Shown: positions 1 to 10,912 of the stretch, piece after piece
Position numbering within the stretch: the first letter of the stretch is position 1
Layout: every line of letters starts with the position of its first letter
DNA from: Dendrobates tinctorius
Lineage: Eukaryota
DNA: 64,000 nucleotides
Direction: 5' to 3'
Assembly: GCF_039654945.1 (NCBI RefSeq)
Contig: NW_027361723.1
Coordinates: 2,604,001-2,668,000, forward strand
Program-made: the position numbers and the translations under genes
The notes under the pieces: model-generated
What the model was told of the DNA's origin: nothing
Databases searched by the model: none
The model's input: the letters and a program-made list of their open reading frames with translations, nothing else

Positions 1-460
1 TCCTGTGTATAATGTCACTGGTGATCACTGTATTACCTGTACACTGGCACTATATATAGAGCTCCTGTGTATAATGCCACTGGTGATCACTGTATTACCT
101 GTACACTGACACTATATACAGAGCTCCTGTGTATAATGTCACTGGTGATCACTGTATTACCTGTACACTCGCACTATATATAGAGCTCCTGTGTATAATG
201 ACACTGTTGATCACTGTATTACCTGTACACTGACACTATATACAGAGCTCCTGTGTATAATGTCACTGGTGATCACTGTATTACCTGTACACTGGCACTA
301 TATATAGAGCTCCTGTGTATAATGCCACTGGTGATCACTGTATTACCTGTACACTGGCACTATATACAGAGCTCCTGTGTACAGTGTCACCAGTGATCAC
401 TGTATTACCTGTACACTGACACTATATACAGAGCTCCTGTGTATAATGTCACTGGTGGTA
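1..460. repeat. ~61-bp minisatellite (TCCTGTGTATAATGTCACTGGTGATCACTGTATTACCTGTACACTGACACTATATACAGAGC)
   Basis: About 7.5 tandem units; runs off the window start; inverted copy at ~16440-16765. Confidence 0.95.
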
Positions 461-1234
461 ATAACAGTGCTGCTAGTGTCATGGTTTGCATTCATGATCA
501 GTATGTGGTCTGGAGGTGGTGGTATTTCTTCTTGTATGTGGCATTATTGGTCTCGATATAGTGGACTGTGTTATATATGGCGGTCATTTTTTCTCTCAGA
601 TGTTGATTAGAAGAAGAATTTTAAAGTATATAATCACTAATGGCAATTGGTACACAGAGGCTGAGATGCACTTATAGAATTTCTCCAGTGAAAAAAGTAA
701 TAAATTCAACAGGATAAGCGATAACATACTGATTGATGGGGTCTGACTGCTTGGACTGACACAGATCGACAAAATGTGGAGCTTTTATCCCCATTAGATT
801 GGAGCTCATGTGAAACTTGATCACTGATCCATATTCATTGTCTCAGTGACTGCACTTGTTTTTTCTTAATGCCCCAAAAAGAATGAATGGAGGTGCGGTC
901 AGACATCTCACCTGCTGCTGCATTTTGAAATGGGGATAAAACATCCTCATTTTTCCAATCGGTGCAGTTTCTAATGGTCGGACATAAGCGATCACCTATC
1001 CTGTGGAGCCCAGGGATCAGTGAACTTAACAGCAAAGCCACAAAAAGAGGATTGAAAATCCTCCAAAAATTCAAGAATGCAGGAGAAAATGGTCAGCAGT
1101 ACTTACCTGCCCAGGTCTCCCAACAAACGCCCTCTCAGGATGCAGCAGACCCTTGTAGTTAAGATGGCGGCAACACAGGTGCAGAATACTGATGAGACCA
1201 CTCCCAACCCATGGAGGGGGGATTGTTAGTATTA

Positions 1235-1732
1235 GGCTGGTTTCACATTCGCGCTTTTTAAGCGCACGCACGGCCGGGGGTAGCTCCGCCCCCGAGCCGG
1301 CTCTCTGCCCGGCGTGCCCGCCCCTTCCTTGTAGCGCCGCCTCCTAGCGCACAGCGGCGCCTGCGATCGGCGCACCCTATCTTTAGCATAGGGTGCGCAG
1401 ATCGTGCGCAGGCCGTGCGCTAGTTGCGCTTTGACCTGCGCTGCGCACTTTTGACGGTGCGCCGTGCGCGCCAAAATCAAACTTTTCGGATTTTGGCGCG
1501 CACGGCGCACCGTCAAAAGTGCGCAGCGCAGGTCAAAGCGCAACTAGCGCACGGCCTGCGCATGATCTGCGCACCCTATGCTAAAGATAGGGTGCGCCGA
1601 TCGCAGGCGCCGCTGTGCGCTAGGAGGCGGCGCTACAAGGAAGGGGCGGGCACGCCGGGCAGAGAGCCGGATCGGGGGCGGAGCTACCCCCGGCCGTGCG
1701 TGCGCTTAAAAAGCGCGAATGTGAAACCAGCC
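1235..1732. mobile_element. PIF/Harbinger MITE, near-perfect 498-bp palindrome
   Basis: Termini GGCTGGTTTCACATTCGCG...CGCGAATGTGAAACCAGCC with TTA on both sides. The empty site, with a single TTA/TAA, is in the duplicate at ~15668. Confidence 0.93.
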
Positions 1733-1840
1733 TTAGATTGCAGAGAATCTGCTTGTACAGGGCGCTGGTCACACACAGGTAATGCACGGTGTACGGCTTA
1801 CAGCATATTAGTGACGCCCCTACTATTAGATCAGGCGGCT

Positions 1841-2037
1841 GCACCTGGAAAAATGAGGTGCAAAAAATACACAGAAACATGTGAGGTATTGGCCGATATT
1901 TTGGCCAAGATATACAAGCTCGCAGCCACGTCAGGGCTCCTCACGCTCGCGAGTCCTAACACTAAACTTAAAAGCAAAGCCACAAAAAGAGGACGAAAAA
2001 TTTCTTTGTATTTTTTGCACCTTATATTTCCGGGTGC
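1841..2037. repeat. ~200-bp element with ~37-bp imperfect terminal inverted repeats (MITE-like)
   Basis: GCACCTGGAAAAATGAGGTGCAAAAAATAC... pairs with ...GTATTTTTTGCACCTTATATTTCCGGGTGC; no clear TSD. Confidence 0.5.
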
Positions 2038-2219
2038 GGCAAGGCCCAGAATTTTTGGCCTTGTAAACTATGGTGTCTGTTCACTTGGGATGCATGTAGA
2101 TAGTGCTGGGCAGCCGCCTGATCTAATAGTCCGGGCGTCACTAATGGGCTCTAATCCGGACACTGTGCATTACCTGTGTGTGACCAGAGCCCGGTACAAG
2201 CAGATTCTGTGCAATGTAA

Positions 2220-3179
2220 GGCTGAGTTCACACGTGGCGTTTTTTTCGCGTTTCCGCGGCAGTTTTAACCGCGCGATTTTGCCGCGAAAACGCGAAAAAT
2301 AAGCATCCCATGCATTCCTATGGGATTCCGCAATGCTGTGCTAATGCTGCGGTTTTTACCGCGGCGGAATCGCTTTGCGGTAAAAACCGCAGCATTCTCA
2401 TTATTTTGCGGAATCGCGGCGATCCCGCACCCATAGGAATGCATTGTTCCGTTTATTTCCCGCATGTGGCTGTGCACACCATGCGGAAAGTAAGCAGAAC
2501 ATTTGCGGATGGTACGCACGGTCCGGAGGAGAGGAGACTGTCCTCCGGGCACCATATCCCTGTAAAAAATAGAATTTAAAATAAAAAATATTGTTATTCT
2601 CACCCTCCGACGTCCCGCGCAGCCTTCCCGCCTCTCTCCACGCTCCCGTTCCCAGTAGTCCTTTGCGAAAATGCCCGCGATGGCGTCCGATCTCGCGGGA
2701 TCGCGAAGTCTCGCGGTAATTCGCGCGACGTCATCGCGAATTACCACGAGACGTCGCGTTCCCGCGAGAACTGACGTCATCGCGGGCATTTTCGCAAAGG
2801 GTTACTGGGAACGGGAGCGTGGAGAGAGGCGGGAAGGCTGCGCGGGACGTCGGAGGGTGAGAATAACACTATTTTTTATTTTTTTTTTACATTCTATCTT
2901 TTACTACTGATGCCACATAGGCGGCCTCAGTAGTAAAAAGTTGGTCACACTCGTCAAACACTGTGTTTGACGAGTGTGACCAACCTGTCAATCAGTTCTC
3001 CAAGCGATGCTCCAGATCGCTTGGAGAACGCTAGCATTCTGCAAGCTAATTACGCTTGCAAAATGCTAGTTTTTCCGCGGGAAAATCGCGGGAATTTAAA
3101 ATGCGATTTTCCCGCGGACTGGAATTCCGGAATTCTCGCTGTAATTTCCGCAAGAGTTCCGGTACGTGTGCACTTAGCC
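2220..3179. mobile_element. PIF/Harbinger non-autonomous element
   Basis: TIRs GGCTGAGTTCACACGT / ACGTGTGCACTTAGCC; TAA TSD at 2217-2219 and 3180-3182; many CCGCG motifs; internal hairpin at ~2580-2885. Confidence 0.88.
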
Positions 3180-3457
3180 TAAAACTAAGCAATCCCCCCT
3201 CCAAGGATTGGGAGTGGTTGTCTCATCAGGACCTGTGTTGCCGCCATCTTTGCTATATGGGTCTGCTGCACCCTGTAGTGCATTTGCTCAGAGACCTGGG
3301 CAGGTGAGCACTGCTGACCCTTTTCTGCTGTACTAACCCATGGATCAGTGACAACTTGTTTTGACAAAAGAACCCCTTTAATGCAAACTACCGTAATTCT
3401 GACCCCAGTTCAGGGGGCGCACAGTAGATGTGTATTACAGTTGACGCTTCACTATAA

Positions 3458-3592
3458 GGCTGTGTGCACACGCTGCGGATTCTGCTGCGGTTTGCCATTT
3501 GCTCCATTGTAGAGATGATAAACCACAGAGCAATCCGCACTAAATCTGTGCGGACAAATCCACAGAGCATTCCGCAGCGTGTGCACTCACCC
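3458..3592. mobile_element. 135-bp Harbinger MITE
   Basis: GGCTGTGTGCACACGCTGCGGA...TCCGCAGCGTGTGCACTCACCC flanked by TAA/TAA. Confidence 0.8.
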
Positions 3593-4199
3593 TAACAGGG
3601 ATAACAGCTTACATGCATTTGCCTATTACTGTAGGGTGGGCCCCACTATGACCCTACTCAGAGCCCAAGGCTCCGGGGTCCCATGGCCAGATTGTCCCCA
3701 TCATAAGCCTCATGTGGGACAGGGAGGGGCCGCGAGCTGACAGTGTCTGCCCCTGGGTCACTGTACAGCACTGATCACAGGGGCATTATTGACCAAGGCA
3801 ACATAATGAACTGTGGATCACCAGGATACAGAGGAAGACAAAATGTCCCGTGACGTCACACACCAACTGTATCTGGAGGAAAGGACCCTCTCAAAGACGG
3901 GTGAGGGGCGAGATTTTGTTTCTGATCCTCAGATCTGCCACTAAGGGGCAATGAATCGCACAGTGCGGCCAATATGTGCGCTAATCTCGCCCCCGTGTGG
4001 TCACTGCAGAGAACAGCTTATTACAGGAAGCTAGCAGGAATCCCGCAGTGTCTGCCGCATAGGAGCTGTCGTCACATCCACCCTCTCGTCTCCACATCCA
4101 GATATCACACACAAGGCCCGGATATGTTATTATCACTACACAACTCATCACGCATCACTGAGGAGAGAGAAAGAAAGGGGGAGCTGCACACATGTGATC

Positions 4200-4303
4200 A
4201 GCCAATCAGTGAAAGGTGAGGGAGGAGCCGGTAATGCGGCACGCCCCATAGTGACGTCATCACTGTGTAGTTTTCACTCAGGTCCGCAACCCTCTATATA
4301 AAG
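4200..4303 (+). promoter_or_regulatory. H4 promoter (CCAAT, CRE, H4 site II GGTCCG, TATA)
   Basis: GCCAATCA at 4201, TGACGTCA at ~4252, CAGGTCCG at ~4279, TATATAAA at ~4295, all upstream of the H4 ATG. Confidence 0.8.
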
Positions 4304-4347
4304 GAGGACTCAGCGCTTGTTTCTACAGTCATCTGAAGATTTCCTGA

Positions 4348-4662
<315 letters not shown>

Positions 4663-4713
4663 TGCGTCTCCGCTCCATCCTCACCCCCCCCCCCCCCCCC
4701 CCCCCCCCCCAAA

Positions 4714-4753
4714 GGCTCTTATCAGAGCCGCCCACATCTCACGTGAGAGGCTA
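4714..4753 (+). terminator. Histone 3' stem-loop and HDE (H4)
   Basis: GGCTCT-TATC-AGAGCC at 4714-4729, followed by purine-rich GAGAGGCT. Confidence 0.9.
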
Positions 4754-6579
4754 CTATCTCCTCTTTCTGCGCTCTCCTTCGTGTCTGCTGCCTCTAGTGT
4801 AGGGACGGGTCTTGTACTTCTCCCCTGGCATCGCGGACTTGGGGAGATGCGGTTTCTTCTCATTGATCTATCCCAGAAAGCTAACATGGTGGAGGCAGAT
4901 ATCCGCGCGGTGCCGCAGAGACCCCTCTGCACACTGTACATAGAGCAGAAATCGAAGTCCTGCCGGGAGATGAACGTGTGGATTCTGCTCCATGATGTTT
5001 TCCTGGTCAGATTCGTGTGTCGGGAGGCAGCGAATATTCCCGGGGAATGTGGCTGTATGAGGCGGTCGGATGCATGGACGCCCTGTGTAGCGGAGGGCGG
5101 GTAATGATCCCACAGGGACAAAGAACCGCGGAAATTCAAAGCCACCAACTGCTCTGTAATCAGCCAGTGACGGGGAGACCTCAGCAGGCGCCGCCCGAGA
5201 CCAGACACGGGTATCTCCGCCGCCATTCCGCTCCGAGCGGCCGTGGATCTGCTCATCCCCACTACACACTGGCTTTACAGAAGCGGCGACTTTTCCACCC
5301 GAGACCCGGCAGCGCTCACAGCAGGCTCCGGCAGAACAGATCAGGCCTCGTGCGTCCGTCTGTGATCGGATCAGCGCGCTGACAGCACAGGGAGTACGCA
5401 TCGAATAGTGAGTGAGGAGCCGCCTCGTGTGTGGAGGGAGGAGAAGCCCTGACAGGGATTAACCCATCTCCCGCCATCCTGGAGTCGCAGAGAGTGTCGC
5501 TCGCAGCACAGCGTCATAACCGTCCTCAGATCGCTGGCAATGACCGTCAGTGAAGTCGGACTGTGCAGTGAGCGGCTTGTCGGCAGTGCCAGGACTGTGA
5601 AGCGCTGTAACATCGATGAGATGGCAGGAAGCTGCGGCCGCCGGTATACACGGGACACGGCCCTCTGTGTGAGCTCAGGATCGTCTGCTGAGGGTTTCCC
5701 ACGGTCCCTGCTTGGTTTTCTCGTCCCGCAGCTGGCCACCTCCATCCCCGTGTCAGAGCGGACGCCGATCTGCTACGGAATAGAATGATCCAACCAGGAT
5801 CAGATGAGACAAAAACCGGAGAATTTGTGTAGAAGCGGCCAGAGATCTCCTCAGTGCTGATCGGCCGATCCTTGGCGCTCTGGTGATTCTGATCTTCCCG
5901 CTTCTCTTTCATTCATTGCGGCTCCTGTGCGGTTATTACCGGTTCCTACAGGGAGCGGGGATCCCAGTATACAGAGAGTCATCTCCGTGTAATGAGCGGG
6001 AGAACAGCTCCAGCCCCGGTGAGGAGGAGAAATATCGGGTGCGGTCGGCCGATCACATCCCCGGATCACAGATGTGTTCGTCTGGTTAGATTTTGCTTGG
6101 TGAAATGTTTAAAACCAGTGTCAGAAATGTGGAAATATCACTAACAACAATGTGAGATCCAGAGCGGAGAATGAGGGACAATCTGTATAATATCATCTGA
6201 GATTAATCCGCACAGGAGCCGTCGTGAGGGCAAAGGGTTAATGTCGGGAGCAGAAGAAATCACAGCTGGGAGTGCCTCCATCCAGGAAAGCGTTAACAGC
6301 CCGTCTGTTCTTGTACTGGCGGCACTGGGACCCCGCGCCCTGGTCACCGAGGAAACAGGCGAAGAATAGAAAATCATGCGGTCTATGTGACGTCATTCTT
6401 TCATTCCTGCAGCTGATTGGTGTTTTCACAAGTATTTATTTCCATAGTCTGCTTCAGATCCGTCCAATGACAGGAGAGGAGGGCGGGGCAGCAGCAGCGT
6501 ATATAAACCTCCAACAGCGCGGCCTCTTCTAATCATTATTATTCTGCTTTGTGACGGAGGAGGTCGCTTTACTTTTGTT

Positions 6580-6957
6580 ATGGCTGATCCCAAGTCTGCT
6601 CCAGCTCCCAAGAAGGGCTCCAAGAAAGCCGTGACCAAGCCTCAGAAGAAGGACGGCAAGAAGCGGAGGAAGAGCAGNNNNNNNNNNNNNNNNNNNNNNN
6701 NNNNNNNNNNNNNNNNNNNNNNNNNNNNNNNNNNNNNNNNNNNNNNNNNNNNNNNNNNNNNNNNNNNNNNNNNNNNNNNNNNNNNNNNNNNNNNNNNNNN
6801 NNNNNNNNNNNNNNNNNNNNNNNNNNNNNNNNNNNNNNNNNNNNNNNNNNNNNNNNNNNNNNNNNNNNNNNNNNNNNNNNNNNNNNNNNNNNNNNNNNNN
6901 NNNNNNNNNNNNNNNNNNNNNNNNNNNNNNNNNNNNNNNNNNNNNNNNNNNNNNNNN
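6580..6957 (+). CDS. H2B: Histone H2B (core N-masked; end inferred)
   Basis: [32 protein letters not shown], then 285 N that would hold the remaining codons, stop and 5 nt; stem-loop follows. Confidence 0.85.
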
Positions 6958-6981
6958 NNNNNGCTCCGCCATCACCCCAAA

Positions 6982-6997
6982 GGCTCTTCTAAGAGCC
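6982..6997 (+). terminator. Histone 3' stem-loop (H2B)
   Basis: GGCTCT-TCTA-AGAGCC, with HDE AAGAGCTG at ~7015. Confidence 0.9.
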
Positions 6998-8113
6998 GCC
7001 CACCCCCTCACCATAAGAGCTGCTCCTCCGCTACTTTTTTTAGGTCCTTGTCTTGATCTCACGTCTGTAGCGGTTTCTCCTGACCGGCAGCTCCTGCGCA
7101 CTGGGGCGGGAGACAGACACCACTTACATCTGCAGTTATGAAGCGCAGGGCTGGAGGTGAGGATGATGAGGGTGGTAGTGAGAGGAATGTACTGCCAGCC
7201 ACGCATGCTCCACACTTCCTCCCATCCGCAGCTCCAGAGACTTGTCGTCACATGGAGACTTTACCCTGGAGTTACAGCTGGATGAAGTGTTACAGTTTAT
7301 GTCCTCAGAGGTTGAGACCTTAATGGCGGAGTGAAGAGCTGGTGGATTGCAGCTGTGGAGACTCCTCAGGTCTGTTCATCAGGCTGCGGGTAACGATCTG
7401 AGGAGTCTCCTATTTATCCACAACACAGAAATCATCCAGCCGAGAAGACGAGTGATGAGAAGCAGAACTGTGAGGAGAGGAGCAGCTGTGGCCATAAACC
7501 CTGCAGCAGCTCGTCCAGGAGGAGGGCGGGGGCTTCACTGCCCTGTGACTGAGGTCTGCTCCGGGGTCCTGATGCCTCCATTGTCAGAGGAAGACCAATC
7601 CATGAGGTCCCTTCGTTCCTGTACGGTCAGAGGTCTGTAGTCCGACATTGTTCTGTCTCTTCTGAGATTTAGTCCCCTTTATACAGGAGTCTGTGATCAG
7701 CTGGATGTGGTGATCGCATGTGAGCGTTAAATAGAGGTGGAAGTCGTTTTTGCGGTTTGGTTGGTTTCTGACGGTGGAGTTTTGCTCCTCTGTTTCTCTG
7801 CGGTCATTAGAGGTTGTCCGCATGATTTCTCTATAGGAAAGGTCATCACAGATCCGTGTGTGGAGACAACCAGGTAACTTACCGGGCAGCAGCTGATTTT
7901 CCTCCGATGTCACCCACCCTTTCCTCTCCAGACCGGTGGAGGCGTCTGATCGATGATGATCTCCCAGAGATTGATTAATTTCCAGCCTGAATCTCACATT
8001 GACATTAATGGAGAAACAAATAATTTTGTGTCTCCGAGCAGCAGCGGCGCCGAGATGAGGAGTTTTACTGACTCTTATGTTACACAAATACAGAAGCGGG
8101 AAAAACTACCAGC

Positions 8114-8190
8114 GGGCCGCACTCTCTACGGCTTCGGAGGTTAATGCGTCTCCGCTCCATCCTCACCCCCCAAAGGCTCTTATCAGAGCC
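8114..8190 (+). pseudogene. H4 3' remnant (GRTLYGFGG*, 3'UTR and stem-loop)
   Basis: Last H4 codons with stop ending at 8144; stem-loop at 8175-8190; the 5' part is deleted relative to 20575-21095. Confidence 0.92.
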
Positions 8191-8619
8191 GCCCACATCT
8201 ACTAAGAAAAAGCTATGATCTCCACTGTGTGATGTGGCCACGGAGGGAGATTGCGGGTATTTTGCGGTGTTATGTGACATCAGCGGTTAAAACAGATGGT
8301 TACCTGGATATACAGCGCTATATGGGTCAGGAATTACTGTATGGATGAAATATCTAGAGCGCTTTATAGAGGCTACATCACAGTATAGACATTTACTGCA
8401 CTCTGAGGGTACACTGCAGTGTATTAATGGGAGTCGTAGCTATATAGCGGGTATTGAGCATTAAATGGCCGCAAACAGCCATTTTTTTTATCTAGTTCTA
8501 TATGGAAGGTTTACAGCTGTGTGTGGGGGTTCTGCATTACAGGAGGTTTGCAGCCCTGTACACAGCAGTATATCGAGCTTCACAGCGCTATTTAGATGAA
8601 TACTGCACTATAGGGGGTG

Positions 8620-8672
8620 TTAATGATTCTCCGCTCCATCCTCACCCCCCAGGCTCTTCTCAGAGCCGCCCA
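8620..8672 (+). pseudogene. Orphan H4-type 3'UTR with stem-loop
   Basis: TTAATGATTCTCCGCTCCATCCTCACCCCCC followed by GGCTCT-TCTC-AGAGCC-GCCCAC; no CDS upstream. Confidence 0.8.
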
Positions 8673-9809
8673 CATGTGTCCTGGAGAAGCGACAATTCCT
8701 GGTATCGGATGATTGAGGTGAGGGAGTTGGGTCAGATCCTATTTCTCAGGATCGGTGTAAATCCAGTGCGGAGCGGTCACATCCTGTACCGGTGACTCTG
8801 CGCCCCCTTATTAGTGGCGGCTTCCCGGTGTCCAGCGCCTGCATCTCATCACTGTCTCCCTCCTCATTTACCATCTACATGTGGACACTGACCGTGACTT
8901 CCTGACTGCTCCTAATACCGAGGACTGTGCGGCCGGAGCTCCAGCCGGCAGCGCTCTCCTGTGCCGGGGCTGATGGATGCAGCCGGACATTAGCGGCTCG
9001 TTCCCCTCATGACGGGGGAGGCTGCTTGTGTCTTTTCTTATTTATCAGTAACCGGAGCCTGAAGAGAGAACAGAGGGGAAATCCGCCCCCGGAGTGTACA
9101 GCGCCGTCATCCGAGCCCGGCGGACCGGAGAGAGGACTGGAGATGACGCAGGTCCGGAGCCGGTGTATTGCGGAGTGTGGGAGCTCCATCCTCCAGAGGA
9201 GGAGACGTCTCGCATACAAGATGCCTACATAAAATATCCATAACTGTGATTGGTGAGATAATGAGCAGCCGGCACCGGTCTGGGGAGTGAGAGGGTTAAT
9301 ACAGTCTCACTTTACCGCAAGGTCCACAGGAATAATGGCCGCTCACTCCTGACGGTGATCGGGAAATGGTGTCTCTTCCACAAGCAAAGCACAGTCACTG
9401 AAGGGTTAATGATCGAGCGCCGAGAACACGACTGAGCTGGAGATTCAAATTATCAAACGGATCTAAAGCCCCGCCCACAGGAATCGACCAATCACCGATA
9501 GACGTGCTTCCTCCTCCGTTTAACCCCTTATTGCTCCTGTGTCTGCTGCTCGTCATTTCCCCGGGTTCAGCACATCGGGCTCCTCCTGGTAGAACATGTG
9601 CGGATTGTATCATCCGATCTGTGCTGGATGCGGAGCCCACACGGAGCCGCCCTTGTATAAGGTTACCGGGTCTCCGTGTGGCGTCCGCTCCGATCACTGC
9701 TGGAAGCGGAGTTGACACTGATCAGCCCTGGAGCTGCGGGCACTAGGATTGCAAAAATATACACCCCCAGTACGGTGCTGTACATCCACCATCCTCCCTA
9801 CTAGGTGGT

Positions 9810-10290
9810 ATACAGCACTACAAAGGCTACATGTGCTGTATACTCCCCATCTAGTGCTGCATTTCTCCTCTATAAACCTGTGTCATCTACAGAACACCCG
9901 CATATAGTGCTGGATACCCTCCATACAGTAACTGAGGATAAGGTAGTGCTGATACCTACATATATCGCTGTATGCCCCCATATATAGCTAAATACTCTCC
10001 AGAAAGTGCTGTGGGCCCTCCATATTGTTCTTTATCCCATCATATATCGCTGTATACCCCCATGTAGTGCTGTAAGCTGCCAAATACTGTTATATACGGA
10101 CATATTGTGCTGTATAACCTTCAAGTAGTATTGTATACCGCCATATAGTGCTGACAACCCTCCATATAGTATCGTAGTCTAGAATATAGTGCTGTATACT
10201 CCCCTTATATTAGGGTACACCCTCATTGACGGCTGTATACCCCCATAGAGGGACGCGTACCCTCCATATAGCGCTGTATATTCCACACAT
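9810..10290. repeat. Degenerate ~22-25-bp tandem repeat (ATAGTGCTGTATACCCCCAT-like)
   Basis: GTGCTGTATAC/CCCCATAT words recur with regular spacing. Confidence 0.65.
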
Positions 10291-10759
10291 CAGATATTCT
10301 GGACTCCGCGCTCCTGATCCACAAGCCCACACACTGGATATATATATATATACAGGCCAGAAGCTGCAGGGAGCGGAGCCGCCGTCTGTGTCTCCTTCCG
10401 ACCTCTCAGCAGCTCCAGGTCGTTCTCCCATCGTCCAATCAGCTTCCTGCACGGTACAGATTGTGGTACAGATCCCTGTGATAGTGACAGGTGCCGGGAA
10501 CAGAAGGAGCGAGCTCCCGCAGCAGATTCATCTTCCCCGATACAGAATGATGTGCGGCCAGGAGGACTATGGGGAGATTCCGGGGCTCTTCCCGGCTCCT
10601 TCCTGCCTCCTCCGCCAGTGACGGCTATAAACATGTGGGGGAGATGTCAGTGAGGAGGAGGACACTGACACAGCGGCTCTGCTGCCCGGTCCTGACCGGT
10701 AATGGTCGCTTATCCCGGGCAAGGAAGCACAAGGGGAGAGCGGAGCTTCACCCGTCTCA

Positions 10760-10850
10760 GACAGGAGGGGCGGGGCCTGTGACCAGTGTCAGCCAATAGA
10801 AGCTCAGAAGGGGCAGCCAATCAGTGCGCAGTGTGACTGTATATATTTGA
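10760..10850 (+). promoter_or_regulatory. H1 promoter (GC box, two CCAAT boxes, TATA)
   Basis: GGGGCGGGG at ~10767, GCCAAT at ~10792 and ~10816, TATATATT at ~10840. Confidence 0.75.
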
Positions 10851-10912
10851 GGCGGCTCCCGCTCCGTCTTTTGTAATTTTTCTTTCAGCACTTTGTGTTT
10901 GTTGTTGATTAG

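Larger units (their letters stand above)
1..2056. repeat. Segmental duplication arm A; inverted copy at 15347-16765
   Basis: Near-identical reverse-complement sequence (paired ORFs 377/16290, 835/15828, 1881/15326). The second copy lacks the MITE at 1235-1732. Confidence 0.9.
6590..8489. repeat. Segmental duplication arm B; inverted copy at ~20228-22623
   Basis: Matching ORFs 7347/21559 and 7584/21064. This copy lacks ~490 bp covering the H4 promoter and body. Confidence 0.9.

Noticed and set aside
1099-1120. U1 snRNA 5' end (ACTTACCTG)
   Set aside because: The match stops after about 10 nt; it is the complement of a splice donor on the other strand.
1424-2302. 292-aa ORF
   Set aside because: Read-through of a GC-rich palindromic MITE with a non-ATG start; no recognisable domain.
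4760-6400. tRNA or protein genes in the GC-rich H4-H2B spacer
   Set aside because: No A/B-box cloverleaf or recognisable protein motif seen by eye; tRNAscan-SE would be needed to exclude tRNAs fully.
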